Origin: an uncultured delta proteobacterium
GTDB lineage: Bacteria > Desulfobacterota > Syntrophobacteria > BM002
NCBI GenBank assembly: GCA_963712115.1
Contig: CAVQGX010000033.1
Span: 64,001-128,000 of the forward strand
Length of the DNA: 64,000 bases
Direction of reading: 5' to 3'
Below are positions 32,055 to 41,602 of this stretch, one piece after another. The notes under the pieces are model-generated. The model worked only from the letters and a program-made list of their open reading frames with translations. It had not been told where the DNA came from and made no database searches. How positions within the stretch are numbered: the stretch's first letter is position 1; each line of letters opens with the position of its first letter. The position numbers were made by a program, and so were the translations under genes.

Positions 32055-33677
32055 TCATCTTTTGGAAACGACGATAAGCAAATTGGCGGTATCTCGCCAC
32101 CCTCTAGCAGTAGAAGGTGAAAGTGCTTCCACCCAACTGGCAAGGAAACGTTCCCGCAAATCTAAGATCTCATATTTACCCAGGCTGTAACACAGCTGGT
32201 AACCAGGGTTCAACCGAAATCGCTCTATTTGCATAACGGCCTCGTCTGCTACAAAACCTACGGAAACAAGCAGAGCGGCAGCCTCCTCCGCAGTGAACCT
32301 TCGCAAGGCTAAACCAGAGTCTATTAAGCAACGAGCTGCTCTCCACAGTCTCCGCTTGCAATCCACCAGGAGCTCCAACTCGTCCTCCACGTAGCCAGAT
32401 TCGGCAAGTATGGATTCAGCATAATAGGCCCACCCTTCGTAGAAAAGTGGCGACTCAACTTGTCTTCGTACCGGGTTGTCCAGATTGCGACGAATAGTGT
32501 CCAATAAATGATGCCCTGGGTAGGTTTCGTGAGCAGAAAGAAAGCGAAACTCCCGGTGTAACCGTTGCCTTCGGAGAAGATCGATTTGTGAATTGCTTGA
32601 TGGTCAGCCGACGGTAACATAGAAACAGGCCAACTCACGAGAGTCAACGGTCAAGGGTGCGCTGTAAGAGGCCCCACTTCTAACCGGGCGCAAATAAGTT
32701 GCTGTCTCGGCTAGGACCAACTCCTGATCCTCGGGGCCGCTCAAAAGCTCAAGGTTGACGCAGAGTTTCCGCAATCTTGCTATTTCGTTACCGTAGAGTC
32801 CAAAAAGGTCAAACTCTCCTTCGTTGCTAGGTAGGTAGCTCTCATAGACCTGCTGCCAATCTTGGTTGGGATTTATCCTCCGGCGAAGCCGTTCTATTTC
32901 TTCCAGGCTAGTCCGCCATTCTTGCTCGGCAATACGGTAGATTTCCTCTAAAGACCTGGTGCAACCAAAATGGCGCTGCACGAGCTCTTCTACCGAAACA
33001 GACTGAACCGTGGCTGCGGGTGTCGAACCGAGTTCGCGCAGGTTTGCTCCAAAGGCAGTAAGTGCCTCCTGGGCCTCTGCGCATGGCAGGGCCAGTTGCT
33101 CCCGCCAGCTATGGCCATCTAACTCAAGAAGAATTTCATCGAGATACTTTTGAGCATGCTGCACCACAGCCAGGGCAACCCTATAGTAAGGACCCGGGAT
33201 GGAGCTCAGACTTTTACTCCCCTGATCAATCAGTCTTTTAAAACCAGAGAGCCGTTCAGCGGTGCGACCGAACCGTTCCTCTGCGTCTTGGAATGGCTTG
33301 TTAAGGGCATGATCGACACCGATACAACCAACTTTGAGGTAAAGGAGAGGATTATGGCGCCAGGACTTGACCTCCTCCAGTTCGATTAGCAACCCCGCCA
33401 TATTATGGAGGAGAAGCTGACGATCAATTTCCTCCTCGAGATCTTGTGCCCTTGGTTGTTTTTGCAGCTGTGCCTGCAAAGCCCGCACTGAGTAGACTAC
33501 CGAAGCAATCGCTTCCTGGCTCAAATCGTCCATAAGTTCCAGAAACCCTGCCGCCTCCTGGACCCGGGGTAAAAAGTGGAACTCATCACTGGCGCACATT
33601 ACCGGAAAGGCCCTGGCGAGCAAAGAGAAGTATTCACTGGCAATTTTGCTGACTTGGCTTACTGGCTGATCTAACAT
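32055..33677 (-). pseudogene. DUF885 family protein interrupted by an in-frame TGA (32604) and a 3' frameshift
   Basis: HETYPGHH lies in frame between the two ORFs; YEGWAYYAE, PGYQLCYSLG; FHLLLLEGGEIP in a shifted frame. Confidence 0.85.
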
Positions 33678-33704
33678 CGCTCTCAGTCTTCCGCTGCCAC
33701 CATG

Positions 33705-33898
33705 AAATTCTAAATCCCAATACCTGCCCGCCATGCGAGCAAGGCGAGGCGGGCGGGTCTAAATCCTAAACAAATCCAAATTATCCAAATCCAAATGCCC
33801 AAAACTCAGGATGAGTAAATTTGCACAATTCCGTTTGGGACATTGGAGCATTAATGTTTTGAATTTGTTTCGGATTTTGTGCTTCGGATTTGGGATTT
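33705..33898. repeat. imperfect palindromic intergenic element, third copy, with nested GC-rich hairpin
   Basis: AAATCC arms ... GGATTTGGGATTT; CCTGCCCGCC...GGCGGGCGGG insert. Confidence 0.65.
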
Positions 33899-33949
33899 TA
33901 GGATCGCTCCTATTGGCCTACAGACCTTTTAATTCGAGAAGACTTAAGT

Positions 33950-34579
33950 TTACCCCAGATTTATATCGGAGGGTACTGCCCAATCGTCCCCAAGGAAGAG
34001 CGGCAATTCTGCAATGCACAGAGGACCTACCTTAACCTGCCATTCCATTTGTTGCTCCAGTGGCTGTTTCAATGGGGAAGCGAACCCTGGTAGAACTATT
34101 TCTCTCCTCAGGTGCACTGGTAATTCTTCCAGGGCGGCCATGATCTTTTCCACCTTAAATGATTCGTAGATCATGGCCATATCAACGGTATCCCCTCGGC
34201 AGTCCACGAAGATTAGCCAATAAGAACTAAGCGTATAGGCCATAATGGAGGAAAGTACCTCCTGGGTAAACTCGCTGTTACCAGAAATAAGGACTAAGCT
34301 CCTGTCGTTCGGATGGTTTATCTCCACCAGGCCAGTAGTGGCGGGACGGGGCAGATCTAAAGCAGGCACTTGAGGAAGAATTTTTTCACCTTGCAGAGCA
34401 AGGTAAAAGGCCCGTATTTGGCTGTCCTTTAGAAGAGTGCATGTTGAGGGAGTCCGGATTCCCTTTTTCAGTTGCTTTGCGAATTCAGCACAAGAAACTT
34501 CACCGCACTCCTGGCAGTCAGTTTGTGGAAGGTATTTGAGAAAGTTTATTTTGTTGAGATAGAGATCAGCTGCAATCAT
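33950..34579 (-). CDS. FeS-domain plus corrinoid-binding-like domain protein (AcsC/CdhE-related, no TIM barrel)
   Basis: LPQTDCQECGEVSC...C; LVLISGN, VDCRGDTV, IVLPG, VKVGP..IAELPLFL. Confidence 0.7.
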   Translation of the reverse strand: MIAADLYLNKINFLKYLPQTDCQECGEVSCAEFAKQLKKGIRTPSTCTLLKDSQIRAFYLALQGEKILPQVPALDLPRPATTGLVEINHPNDRSLVLISGNSEFTQEVLSSIMAYTLSSYWLIFVDCRGDTVDMAMIYESFKVEKIMAALEELPVHLRREIVLPGFASPLKQPLEQQMEWQVKVGPLCIAELPLFLGDDWAVPSDINLG

Positions 34580-34690
34580 TCATCTTGGGGTGCCGCAGGT
34601 TTATGGTCTGAACAGAGGAAAAAGCACGCTAGATTGCAAAGGGAGGTATGGTAGTAAACACTGTTGTGGATGCTCTCAGGCGCTGCAAAG

Positions 34691-35023
34691 TCAGGCTTCT
34701 TCCCAATGGCGAACAAAGTTGTCCAGCCTGAAAACATCTGTCATGCTGAGATCGATCCACTTCAGTCCTACACCTTGGTCGCCGCAGGGCTCCTGCTTCA
34801 TACATATCCATACGACCTCAGCCTGGGAAAGAACCGAGCCATGATATTGTGGTAGATTAACGGTGATGTGTACCCGATCACCCACGCGCCAATTCTCACC
34901 GGTGCGGACAAAAACTCCAACAGGGCTAATGTTTTTGGCTTTTCCCTTAGCGGAACCACGTTTGCCTAGCAAGCAGTACTGAGTATCAATTAAAGCGCGC
35001 GGAAATCGTCTTTCTTCTCTCAT
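34691..35023 (-). CDS. PilZ domain protein
   Basis: ERRFPR and NISPVG motifs; AEVVW, GVGLKW. Confidence 0.88.
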   Translation of the reverse strand: MREERRFPRALIDTQYCLLGKRGSAKGKAKNISPVGVFVRTGENWRVGDRVHITVNLPQYHGSVLSQAEVVWICMKQEPCGDQGVGLKWIDLSMTDVFRLDNFVRHWEEA

Positions 35024-35311
35024 GTCAGTATCTTTCTCCCAGTTTTTTCTTATTTGACCTTATATCATAAAATCAAGCGCTTGCACAGAAAAAACAGACC
35101 CAGACCATAGGCAAGGGGATCATTCCTATTTTCGGCTCTTGCCCCCCAGTTCCTGTGCTGTGTACCTCGCAGCTCACCCTGGCCTTGCTTGTGACTGGTT
35201 CCTCCTTGGGGATGTTTCCCGAGATACTTCTTTGTCTGGCAAATCTTTGTTTTTCAAATTGATCATGCTAAGATGTCTCGATTTTCCCCTTGTTTTCTCC
35301 TGGAGGTGATT

Positions 35312-36991
35312 ATGAAAGTAAGGAAGTTAGTTATTGTCGGGGGTGTGGCTGGGGGTGCCTCAGCCGCAGCCAAGGCGAGGCGCTGCAGCGAGGAGGTAGA
35401 GATCATCATGTACGAAAAGGGCCCAGATATTTCCTATGCTAACTGCGGCCTGCCCTACTATCTCTCCGGTGTCATCCAGAAGCGAGAGGACTTGCTCATC
35501 ACAAGCGCCGAATTTTTTCGTCGCCGTTTCCGGGTGGACGCCCGGACAAAGTGTGAGGTTGTTCAAATTGACCGCGAGGAAAAAAGAGTAATCGTCAATA
35601 ATCTCGCTACAGGGCTAACTGAAGAGGAATCCTATGACCGCCTAGTTCTGGCGCCAGGCTCCCATCCCATAATACCGCCGGTGCCGGGTGTGGACCTTCC
35701 CTTTGTCTCCACTCTCAAGACTCTTGAAGACACTGATCGAATATTCAACTTCCTTAAAGAGAAGAAACCCAATAGGGCCTTGGTGGTAGGCGGAGGTCTC
35801 ATCGGTGTTGAGGCCATTGAAAATCTTGCTCTAAAGGGTCTCCAAACCACAGCTGTTGAGCTTGCTCCGCAATTACTCACTTTCCTGGATTGGGAAATGG
35901 CCGAGAAAGTTCGCTGGCACATGCAGCACAAGGGCGTAAACATCCATCTTTCAGAGGGTCTGGCGTCGGTGGAGGAACAAAACGGCCAAGGAATGGTAAG
36001 AACTGACCAAGGCCGAGAAATCCCCACCGACCTGGTTCTCATTGCGGTTGGCATAAGGCCAAACGTCGCTTTAGCCAAGAATGCCGGACTTGAACTTGGT
36101 ATTACCGGTGGAATCAAGGTCAACCAGTTCATGCAGACAAGTGACCCCGATATTTTCGCCGCAGGAGATTGTATCGAAACCACCAACCTGGTGACTGGCA
36201 AGCCGGTTCTTACGCCCATGGGCTCAGCAGCAAACAAAGAAGGTAGAGCCGCTGGCGCCAACGCACTCGGTCGCCGTATTGCGGTCAAGGGTTTCACCTC
36301 CACTATTATCGTCAAGGTCTTCGACCTGACTGTGGCCAAAACCGGCCTTTCAGAACGGGAGGCCTTGGCTGAGGGCTATTCACCTCTGGCGCTCTACGTG
36401 GACCCCAGTCATCATGCCGGTTATTATCCGGGAGCCAAATCTCTGAGTATCAAGACGGTGACCGACCGTGACAGCGGCAGACTGCTTGGTGCCCAGGTTA
36501 TTGGCGAGGAAGGAGTAGATAAACGTATTGACGTCTTGGCAACTGCCATTTATCACCATATGAGTTTGGAGGATCTTCTCAATCTGGATTTGGCCTATGC
36601 CCCTCCCTATTCAGCAGCCCGCGATCCGGTCATAATTGCCGGAGCTGTGGGCCAGAATTATTATCAGGGCGACTGGAATCCCATCACCCCTCACGAACTT
36701 AAAGAAAAGATGGATGCGGGAGAAGACATTGCCCTAATAGATGTCCGAAACCGGCTGGAATTGGCCAAACGAGGCCCTCTCCCAGGGGCCACCCACATTC
36801 CTATAGATCTTCTCCGCAGAGAACTGCAGAAACTGGATCCTGATAAAGAAACCATTTTGTACTGTGCCCAGGGATTGCGTTCCTATCTCGGCAACCGTAT
36901 TTTGGCCATGAGAGGTTTCAACCGGGTAAGGACGTTGTCGGGGGGACTGGACAATTGGATGTATGAGGTGGAATCAACGGATTCCAGCTAG
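35312..36991 (+). CDS. CoA-disulfide/persulfide reductase with C-terminal rhodanese domain
   Basis: GGVAGG, SYANCGLPYY, GGGLIG, YAPPY, YCAQGLRS. Confidence 0.9.
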   Translation: MKVRKLVIVGGVAGGASAAAKARRCSEEVEIIMYEKGPDISYANCGLPYYLSGVIQKREDLLITSAEFFRRRFRVDARTKCEVVQIDREEKRVIVNNLATGLTEEESYDRLVLAPGSHPIIPPVPGVDLPFVSTLKTLEDTDRIFNFLKEKKPNRALVVGGGLIGVEAIENLALKGLQTTAVELAPQLLTFLDWEMAEKVRWHMQHKGVNIHLSEGLASVEEQNGQGMVRTDQGREIPTDLVLIAVGIRPNVALAKNAGLELGITGGIKVNQFMQTSDPDIFAAGDCIETTNLVTGKPVLTPMGSAANKEGRAAGANALGRRIAVKGFTSTIIVKVFDLTVAKTGLSEREALAEGYSPLALYVDPSHHAGYYPGAKSLSIKTVTDRDSGRLLGAQVIGEEGVDKRIDVLATAIYHHMSLEDLLNLDLAYAPPYSAARDPVIIAGAVGQNYYQGDWNPITPHELKEKMDAGEDIALIDVRNRLELAKRGPLPGATHIPIDLLRRELQKLDPDKETILYCAQGLRSYLGNRILAMRGFNRVRTLSGGLDNWMYEVESTDSS

Positions 36992-37074
36992 AGAATCAAA
37001 TTAAAGCTGGACTTTTTTCGCTTGATTTTTACTAGAGCCCTGTATTAAAGTCGCCTCGGATATGGCCCGTATTA

Positions 37075-37260
37075 TAGCCCGGATGTTTGATGAATTGCTG
37101 TCACGAGACCACGAAGATGGGCGTGCCACCGGGTAACCGCCGGGTGTTGGTCCCGAGGCGTACTTTTGAATGGTACGTCGCAGGGGCCAATGCCCGAGGA
37201 CGCACGGAAGGACGGCCATATCCGTGGTCGTAATAAGCGATTCATGAAGCATCCGGGCTA
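37075..37260. mobile_element. MITE-like element, copy 2 (186 bp)
   Basis: TAGCCCGGATGTTTGATGAAT...ATTCATGAAGCATCCGGGCTA. Confidence 0.85.
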
Positions 37261-37360
37261 TATAGGTCGATCTCGCTTCAGAGGATTGGACTCCTTTGCC
37301 AAAGCGAGGACCTGGAGTTAGGGACCATATGATTTAATTTTTTGAAAGGAGGTTAGCGCT

Positions 37361-37561
37361 TTGACAAACGGAACGGTTAAATGGTTTAATGACAAGAAAG
37401 GGTATGGTTTTATCCAGCAGGAAAATGGTGAGGACATATTTGTTCATTACTCTTCCATCACGATGCCTGGATTCAAAACTCTCACTGAAGGTGAGCAGGT
37501 GACCTTTGAGATAGAAGAAGGTGACCGAGGTCCTGTGGCCAAAAACGTTTCCAAACTTTGA
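37361..37561 (+). CDS. cold-shock protein
   Basis: GTVKWFN, KGYGFI, DIFVHYS; AGGAGG RBS. Confidence 0.96.
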   Translation: MTNGTVKWFNDKKGYGFIQQENGEDIFVHYSSITMPGFKTLTEGEQVTFEIEEGDRGPVAKNVSKL

Positions 37562-37596
37562 TGACAACTGAGAGGTAGTCTAATCTAAAACATTAT

Positions 37597-37635
37597 GGGC
37601 ATCTTGTCTCATGCGGACTGGATGCCCTTTTATTT
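37597..37635 (+). terminator. probable terminator after the csp gene
   Basis: GGGCATC...GATGCCC followed by TTTTATTT. Confidence 0.55.
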
Positions 37636-37657
37636 AACTCTGAATGCTGGACTGTCG

Positions 37658-37879
37658 ATGATTGATAAAGAAGCAAAAAAGAGGCTAAAGAGGATACAAA
37701 AAGAGGTCAAGAAATTAAAAAAAGAGCTCAATAAGTTAGAGCTTCGCCCTTGTCAAAACGATGTTGAGTTGCAGCAGAAAGAGGAAGACCTTAAAGAACT
37801 AAACGACAAACTGCGTGAATTGGAAAAGGAGCAGGATAGATACATTCTTGACTCCGGCCGGATAAAACACAGCCTTTGA
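37658..37879 (+). CDS. coiled-coil hypothetical protein
   Basis: K/E/L heptad-rich 73-aa ORF. Confidence 0.55.
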   Translation: MIDKEAKKRLKRIQKEVKKLKKELNKLELRPCQNDVELQQKEEDLKELNDKLRELEKEQDRYILDSGRIKHSL

Positions 37880-37883
37880 TTGC

Positions 37884-38645
37884 TTAACAGTTCCCGGCCC
37901 CTGGCTCAACCCGCACACCTTCGGCCCGCTCTCTGGCCGCGTCCTTTTGCAAGAAGTCGCACTCTTCTCGATCAAACTCCCAACAGCATTGCGGCTTGAT
38001 TAGATAGATGGAGCAGAAAAACTTGCCGGTGGCGAAATATTCGAAAAGAAAAGGGCAGAATCGCTGATACCCTGAGCCATCACCACGAAAATACATCAGC
38101 CACTCGCTAGGCGGTTCAATGGATCCGGTGAACTCCGCAGGGCCGCCTCGTATTTCACAGCAGCATCCACAGTGATTACAGCTGCCTGTTTGCGGAATAG
38201 TTTCTTCGGGGGAGCCTTTGAGGCTCATACTAGAAACCTGGCCATCCTTATTGAGACTCCTTAAGGCCAGTCGAATAGACTGGAATATTCTTGCCCATTC
38301 CAACAAATGCTCAGCTGCGATCCTCGCTAAACTCTCCTCAGACAAATCGTTAAGTCCTGGCTCTCTCCCAAGTTCTTGGACGTTGAGTTTCTCCAGTTTA
38401 GTGAAAGGAAAGTACGGATCAGACAGAGCCTCTATGAGTAACTGGCGTTCGGTTTGGAGCTGGTAGCAGCTAAGAAGCGAATCAAGCGCTTCATACCAAC
38501 CGCTCAAGTCCAGCTTAGACTTGCCCTGTATTTCCTGCTCACGACGGCTACGATTAACTTGGCAAAAATTAAAAAAAAGGTGATTTAAGGGAGTTATTGA
38601 CATCGGGGCGAATGTGGATGGCAAGCTTACCGGATAGTTTCCCAC
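37884..38645 (-). CDS. hypothetical protein with YkgJ-like cysteine cluster (start uncertain)
   Basis: CNHCGCCC...CPFL...CSIY..KPQCC. Confidence 0.7.
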   Translation of the reverse strand: MGNYPVSLPSTFAPMSITPLNHLFFNFCQVNRSRREQEIQGKSKLDLSGWYEALDSLLSCYQLQTERQLLIEALSDPYFPFTKLEKLNVQELGREPGLNDLSEESLARIAAEHLLEWARIFQSIRLALRSLNKDGQVSSMSLKGSPEETIPQTGSCNHCGCCCEIRGGPAEFTGSIEPPSEWLMYFRGDGSGYQRFCPFLFEYFATGKFFCSIYLIKPQCCWEFDREECDFLQKDAARERAEGVRVEPGAGNC

Positions 38646-38706
38646 GCTGTGCGCTGCCTGTCCTCAGCTTTTTGTCCTGAGGGTGTCGAAGTAGTCGAAG
38701 GATACC

Positions 38707-39615
38707 CTATGGGTCAACGGACAAATTGTGGCGCTGCAAAAACTTCTCCCAGCGATTGTCAACCCAAGCTTGCAGATGGGCAACCTGTTCAGGTGTTATG
38801 TGTCTAAATCTTTCCTGTGACTTCACATACTCCTCAACTGGTTTTTGCTTACCGCTTTTTGCCATTGTACGGCTACGACCTGTGAGACGGAAAACTCCAT
38901 CTTCAACCTCGAAAAGAACCCACATGGCAGTATCCACCCCCAGCTTGCCAAGTTTTACCAATTGATCTGTGGGAAACCCCCAGCCGGGAGCACAGGGGAT
39001 GTTTATTTGGATGAAGCGAGTACCATGGATGGCCCTAGCCTTTGCTACCTTATCATAAAGATCCAGAGGGTATGCCGGAGATGCTGAGGCAGTGTAAGGA
39101 ATATCGTGGGCTTCCATGATTGCCAGCATATCCTTTTTGTGCTCGACCTTTGTGGCTGGAGTGGTGGTGGTAAATGCTCCCAGAGGTGTGGCGCTTGAGC
39201 GCTGAGTGCCTGTGTTCATGTAACCTTCATTGTCGTAACAGATGTAGAGAAAATCGGTATTCCTCTCCGCCGCAGCGCTCAAGGCTTGAATGCCGATGTC
39301 GAAAGTGCCCCCGTCTCCGGCTATCCCCACTACTGTGTAGTCTGTCTTCCCTAGCACTTTAAGACCAGCAACAATGCCTGTAGCCGAAGCAGCGGTACTA
39401 GCAAAGGCGGTGTTGATATTGGTCAGTCGCACCGAGGTACAAGGATATAGCCCGTGCAGCACGGTCAAACAAGAGGCAGGTATGGTCAGAATGGTCTTTT
39501 CCCCCAAAGCCTTTAGAATGTGGCGGTAGGCCAAAGACAAACCACACCCTGAACAGGCCCGGGTCCCGGGCAAGAAATATTCTTGCTCTGGAAGTTGCAT
39601 CACTGTTGTGGCCAT
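38707..39615 (-). CDS. porB: 2-oxoacid:ferredoxin oxidoreductase beta subunit
   Basis: ACSGCG, GDGG...DNEGYMNTGTQRS. Confidence 0.88.
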   Translation of the reverse strand: MATTVMQLPEQEYFLPGTRACSGCGLSLAYRHILKALGEKTILTIPASCLTVLHGLYPCTSVRLTNINTAFASTAASATGIVAGLKVLGKTDYTVVGIAGDGGTFDIGIQALSAAAERNTDFLYICYDNEGYMNTGTQRSSATPLGAFTTTTPATKVEHKKDMLAIMEAHDIPYTASASPAYPLDLYDKVAKARAIHGTRFIQINIPCAPGWGFPTDQLVKLGKLGVDTAMWVLFEVEDGVFRLTGRSRTMAKSGKQKPVEEYVKSQERFRHITPEQVAHLQAWVDNRWEKFLQRHNLSVDP

Positions 39616-39653
39616 AGCCTCAATCCTCTAGGTTTTTCTAGATTCAACTATGA

Positions 39654-39682
39654 GTGGATTCACTCCGCTTAATCCACCCTAC
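39654..39682. repeat. GTAG-type REP hairpin
   Basis: reverse strand GTAGGGTGGATTAAGCGGAGTGAATCCAC. Confidence 0.55.
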
Positions 39683-39711
39683 AAAGAGCTATGCGCTCTG
39701 CGCCATGCGAA

Positions 39712-40908
39712 TTAAACTGCCACCCCTAACCACTTTGGGCCGTTAACCCGGCCCTTCATCTGCAAGGCCTCTAAAGTAGCGGCTTCCAGGTCGGAAGCAA
39801 CCACGTTCTTTCCCCCCAGACCCACAATATAATTAGCTATGGAGGGGCGCAATCCACCTTCAAAAAGAGCTGCTTTTGTCTCGGTGCAGGTGGCTCCCTC
39901 GTTTCCGTAACTTATGTTCTTGTCGAAAATCACCACTTGTTTCACACCTGACAGCGCTTGCCGCAATTGCTCGGCGGGAAAAGGCCTGAAGACTCTAAGC
40001 CCTACTACCCCAGCTTTATGGCCTTTTTCGCGGAGCATATCAACAGCGAGGGAAGCCTCGTTGGCGAGAGACCCCATGGTGAGAAGAATTGTATCAGCCT
40101 CTTCAGTCTTGTATTCCCAGATCAAACACTCGTAGCTTCGGCCGAAAATCCTTCCGAATTCGCCACCAACTTTGGCAATCAGCTCTCCTGCACTTTCGAG
40201 GGCCTCTTGTAACCTCATGCGAAATCCCATGTAACTGGGACAGGCAACACCCTGAGCGTTAGCTCTGGGTTCTGCCAGCATCACCGGGTTGATGTTTATA
40301 GGTTCCGGGCCGTCCACCTGCAAATGTGGCACATAGGGCGGCAAAAAAGCATCCACTTGTTCCTGCTCTGGTATTTCTACTGGCATAACCGTGTGCGACA
40401 GAATGAAACCGTCGAAACAGACCATCATGGGGACGTGGATCTGCTCACAGATTCTGTAACCCATAAGAACACTGTCCAAAACCTCTTGATTATCTCTGCA
40501 GTAGACTTGCATCCAGCCGGTATCCCGCTGGGAAATGGAATCTTGCATGTCGTTGAAAATAGTCCAAGGCGCTCCAAGTCCTCGGTTCGCCAGGGCCATG
40601 ACTATGGGAAGCCTTGCTCCGGCAGCCCAATGTAGTTGCTCGTGCATGTAGGCCAGACCGTTTGCTGAAGTTGCGGTGAAGACTCTGGCTCCCACTGTGG
40701 AAGCAGAAATGCATACGGTTAGGGCGCTGTGTTCGCTTTCCACTCGAATAAACTCGGCTTTTAATTCGCCCGACTCAACATATTTCACCAGAGTCTCAGG
40801 AATCTTCGATTGTGGGGTTATGGGATAGGCAGCAATAACTTGCACCCGGCTAAGCTTGGCCCCCATGGCGGCTGCCTCGTTGCCATTGATAATTTCTACC
40901 TTACTCAT
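39712..40908 (-). CDS. porA: 2-oxoacid:ferredoxin oxidoreductase alpha subunit
   Basis: YPITPQ, VESEHSA, FDGFILSH. Confidence 0.88.
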   Translation of the reverse strand: MSKVEIINGNEAAAMGAKLSRVQVIAAYPITPQSKIPETLVKYVESGELKAEFIRVESEHSALTVCISASTVGARVFTATSANGLAYMHEQLHWAAGARLPIVMALANRGLGAPWTIFNDMQDSISQRDTGWMQVYCRDNQEVLDSVLMGYRICEQIHVPMMVCFDGFILSHTVMPVEIPEQEQVDAFLPPYVPHLQVDGPEPININPVMLAEPRANAQGVACPSYMGFRMRLQEALESAGELIAKVGGEFGRIFGRSYECLIWEYKTEEADTILLTMGSLANEASLAVDMLREKGHKAGVVGLRVFRPFPAEQLRQALSGVKQVVIFDKNISYGNEGATCTETKAALFEGGLRPSIANYIVGLGGKNVVASDLEAATLEALQMKGRVNGPKWLGVAV

Positions 40909-40959
40909 CTCTGTACCCCAAAATCCCGATCGCACTCCCCCAGTTCAAATCAGTACCCC

Positions 40960-41286
40960 TTATTCAACTTCCTCTTGGATGGAGCATTCACTGAGGACGA
41001 ATTTTTCCTCTACTTCCATGCGTATTGCCTTTGTCGGGCACACCTCGGCGCAAACGCCGCAGCCCTTGCAATAGGTTAAGTCTATCTCAACCGGGATTTG
41101 CCTCGTTACTGTGCCGTCAGGACAGTATAGCCAGCACAAGTAGCAGGTGTCTTTTTGCTTCTTACAAGGAGTGCACTTGCTAAGATCGATGACTGGACGC
41201 TTGGCCCTCCAATCACCCGTTTTCCCCGCTTCACCTCGCGTCAAGGTGGCACAGGCAGAAACAAACTGGTTTTTTTCCGATGCCAT
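40960..41286 (-). CDS. porD: 2-oxoacid:ferredoxin oxidoreductase delta subunit (ferredoxin-like)
   Basis: KTGDWR, CYLCWLYCP, YCKGCGVCAEVCP. Confidence 0.88.
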   Translation of the reverse strand: MASEKNQFVSACATLTRGEAGKTGDWRAKRPVIDLSKCTPCKKQKDTCYLCWLYCPDGTVTRQIPVEIDLTYCKGCGVCAEVCPTKAIRMEVEEKFVLSECSIQEEVE

Positions 41287-41407
41287 AGTAAAGTTTCCTC
41301 ACCTCGAATGGGATCCTGCTGGCCCCTTAACCTCTAAGCGAGTTTTTCAGTCCCTTGTCAAAATTGGGGGTATTATAACACTTGCCAGCAAGAAAAAGGA
41401 TCCGGCC

Positions 41408-41602
41408 TAGCCCGAATATTTCATGAATTATTGTCGCGAGACCGCGAAGATGGGCGTGCCACCTGGCAACCGTCCCGCGGTAGCGCGGGATTGTTTCCGA
41501 GGCGTACCTGAACGGTACTTCGCAGGGGCCAACACCCGAGGACGCCAGGAAGGACGGCCATATCCGTGGTCGCAGCAGGCGATTCATGAAATATCCGGGC
41601 TA
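41408..41602. mobile_element. MITE-like element, copy 3 (195 bp)
   Basis: TAGCCCGAATATTTCATGAAT...ATTCATGAAATATCCGGGCTA. Confidence 0.85.

Noticed and set aside
32604-32606. Selenocysteine codon as a feature call
   Set aside because: No evident SECIS, and the gene has a second lesion
33950-34579. Mercury methylase hgcA
   Set aside because: Lacks the N(V/I)WCA cap-helix motif, TM helices and an adjacent hgcB
35632-36339. Long antisense ORFs (also 4198-4764, 19338-19937, 60481-61008 and similar)
   Set aside because: Shadows of well-supported genes on the opposite strand, with no motifs
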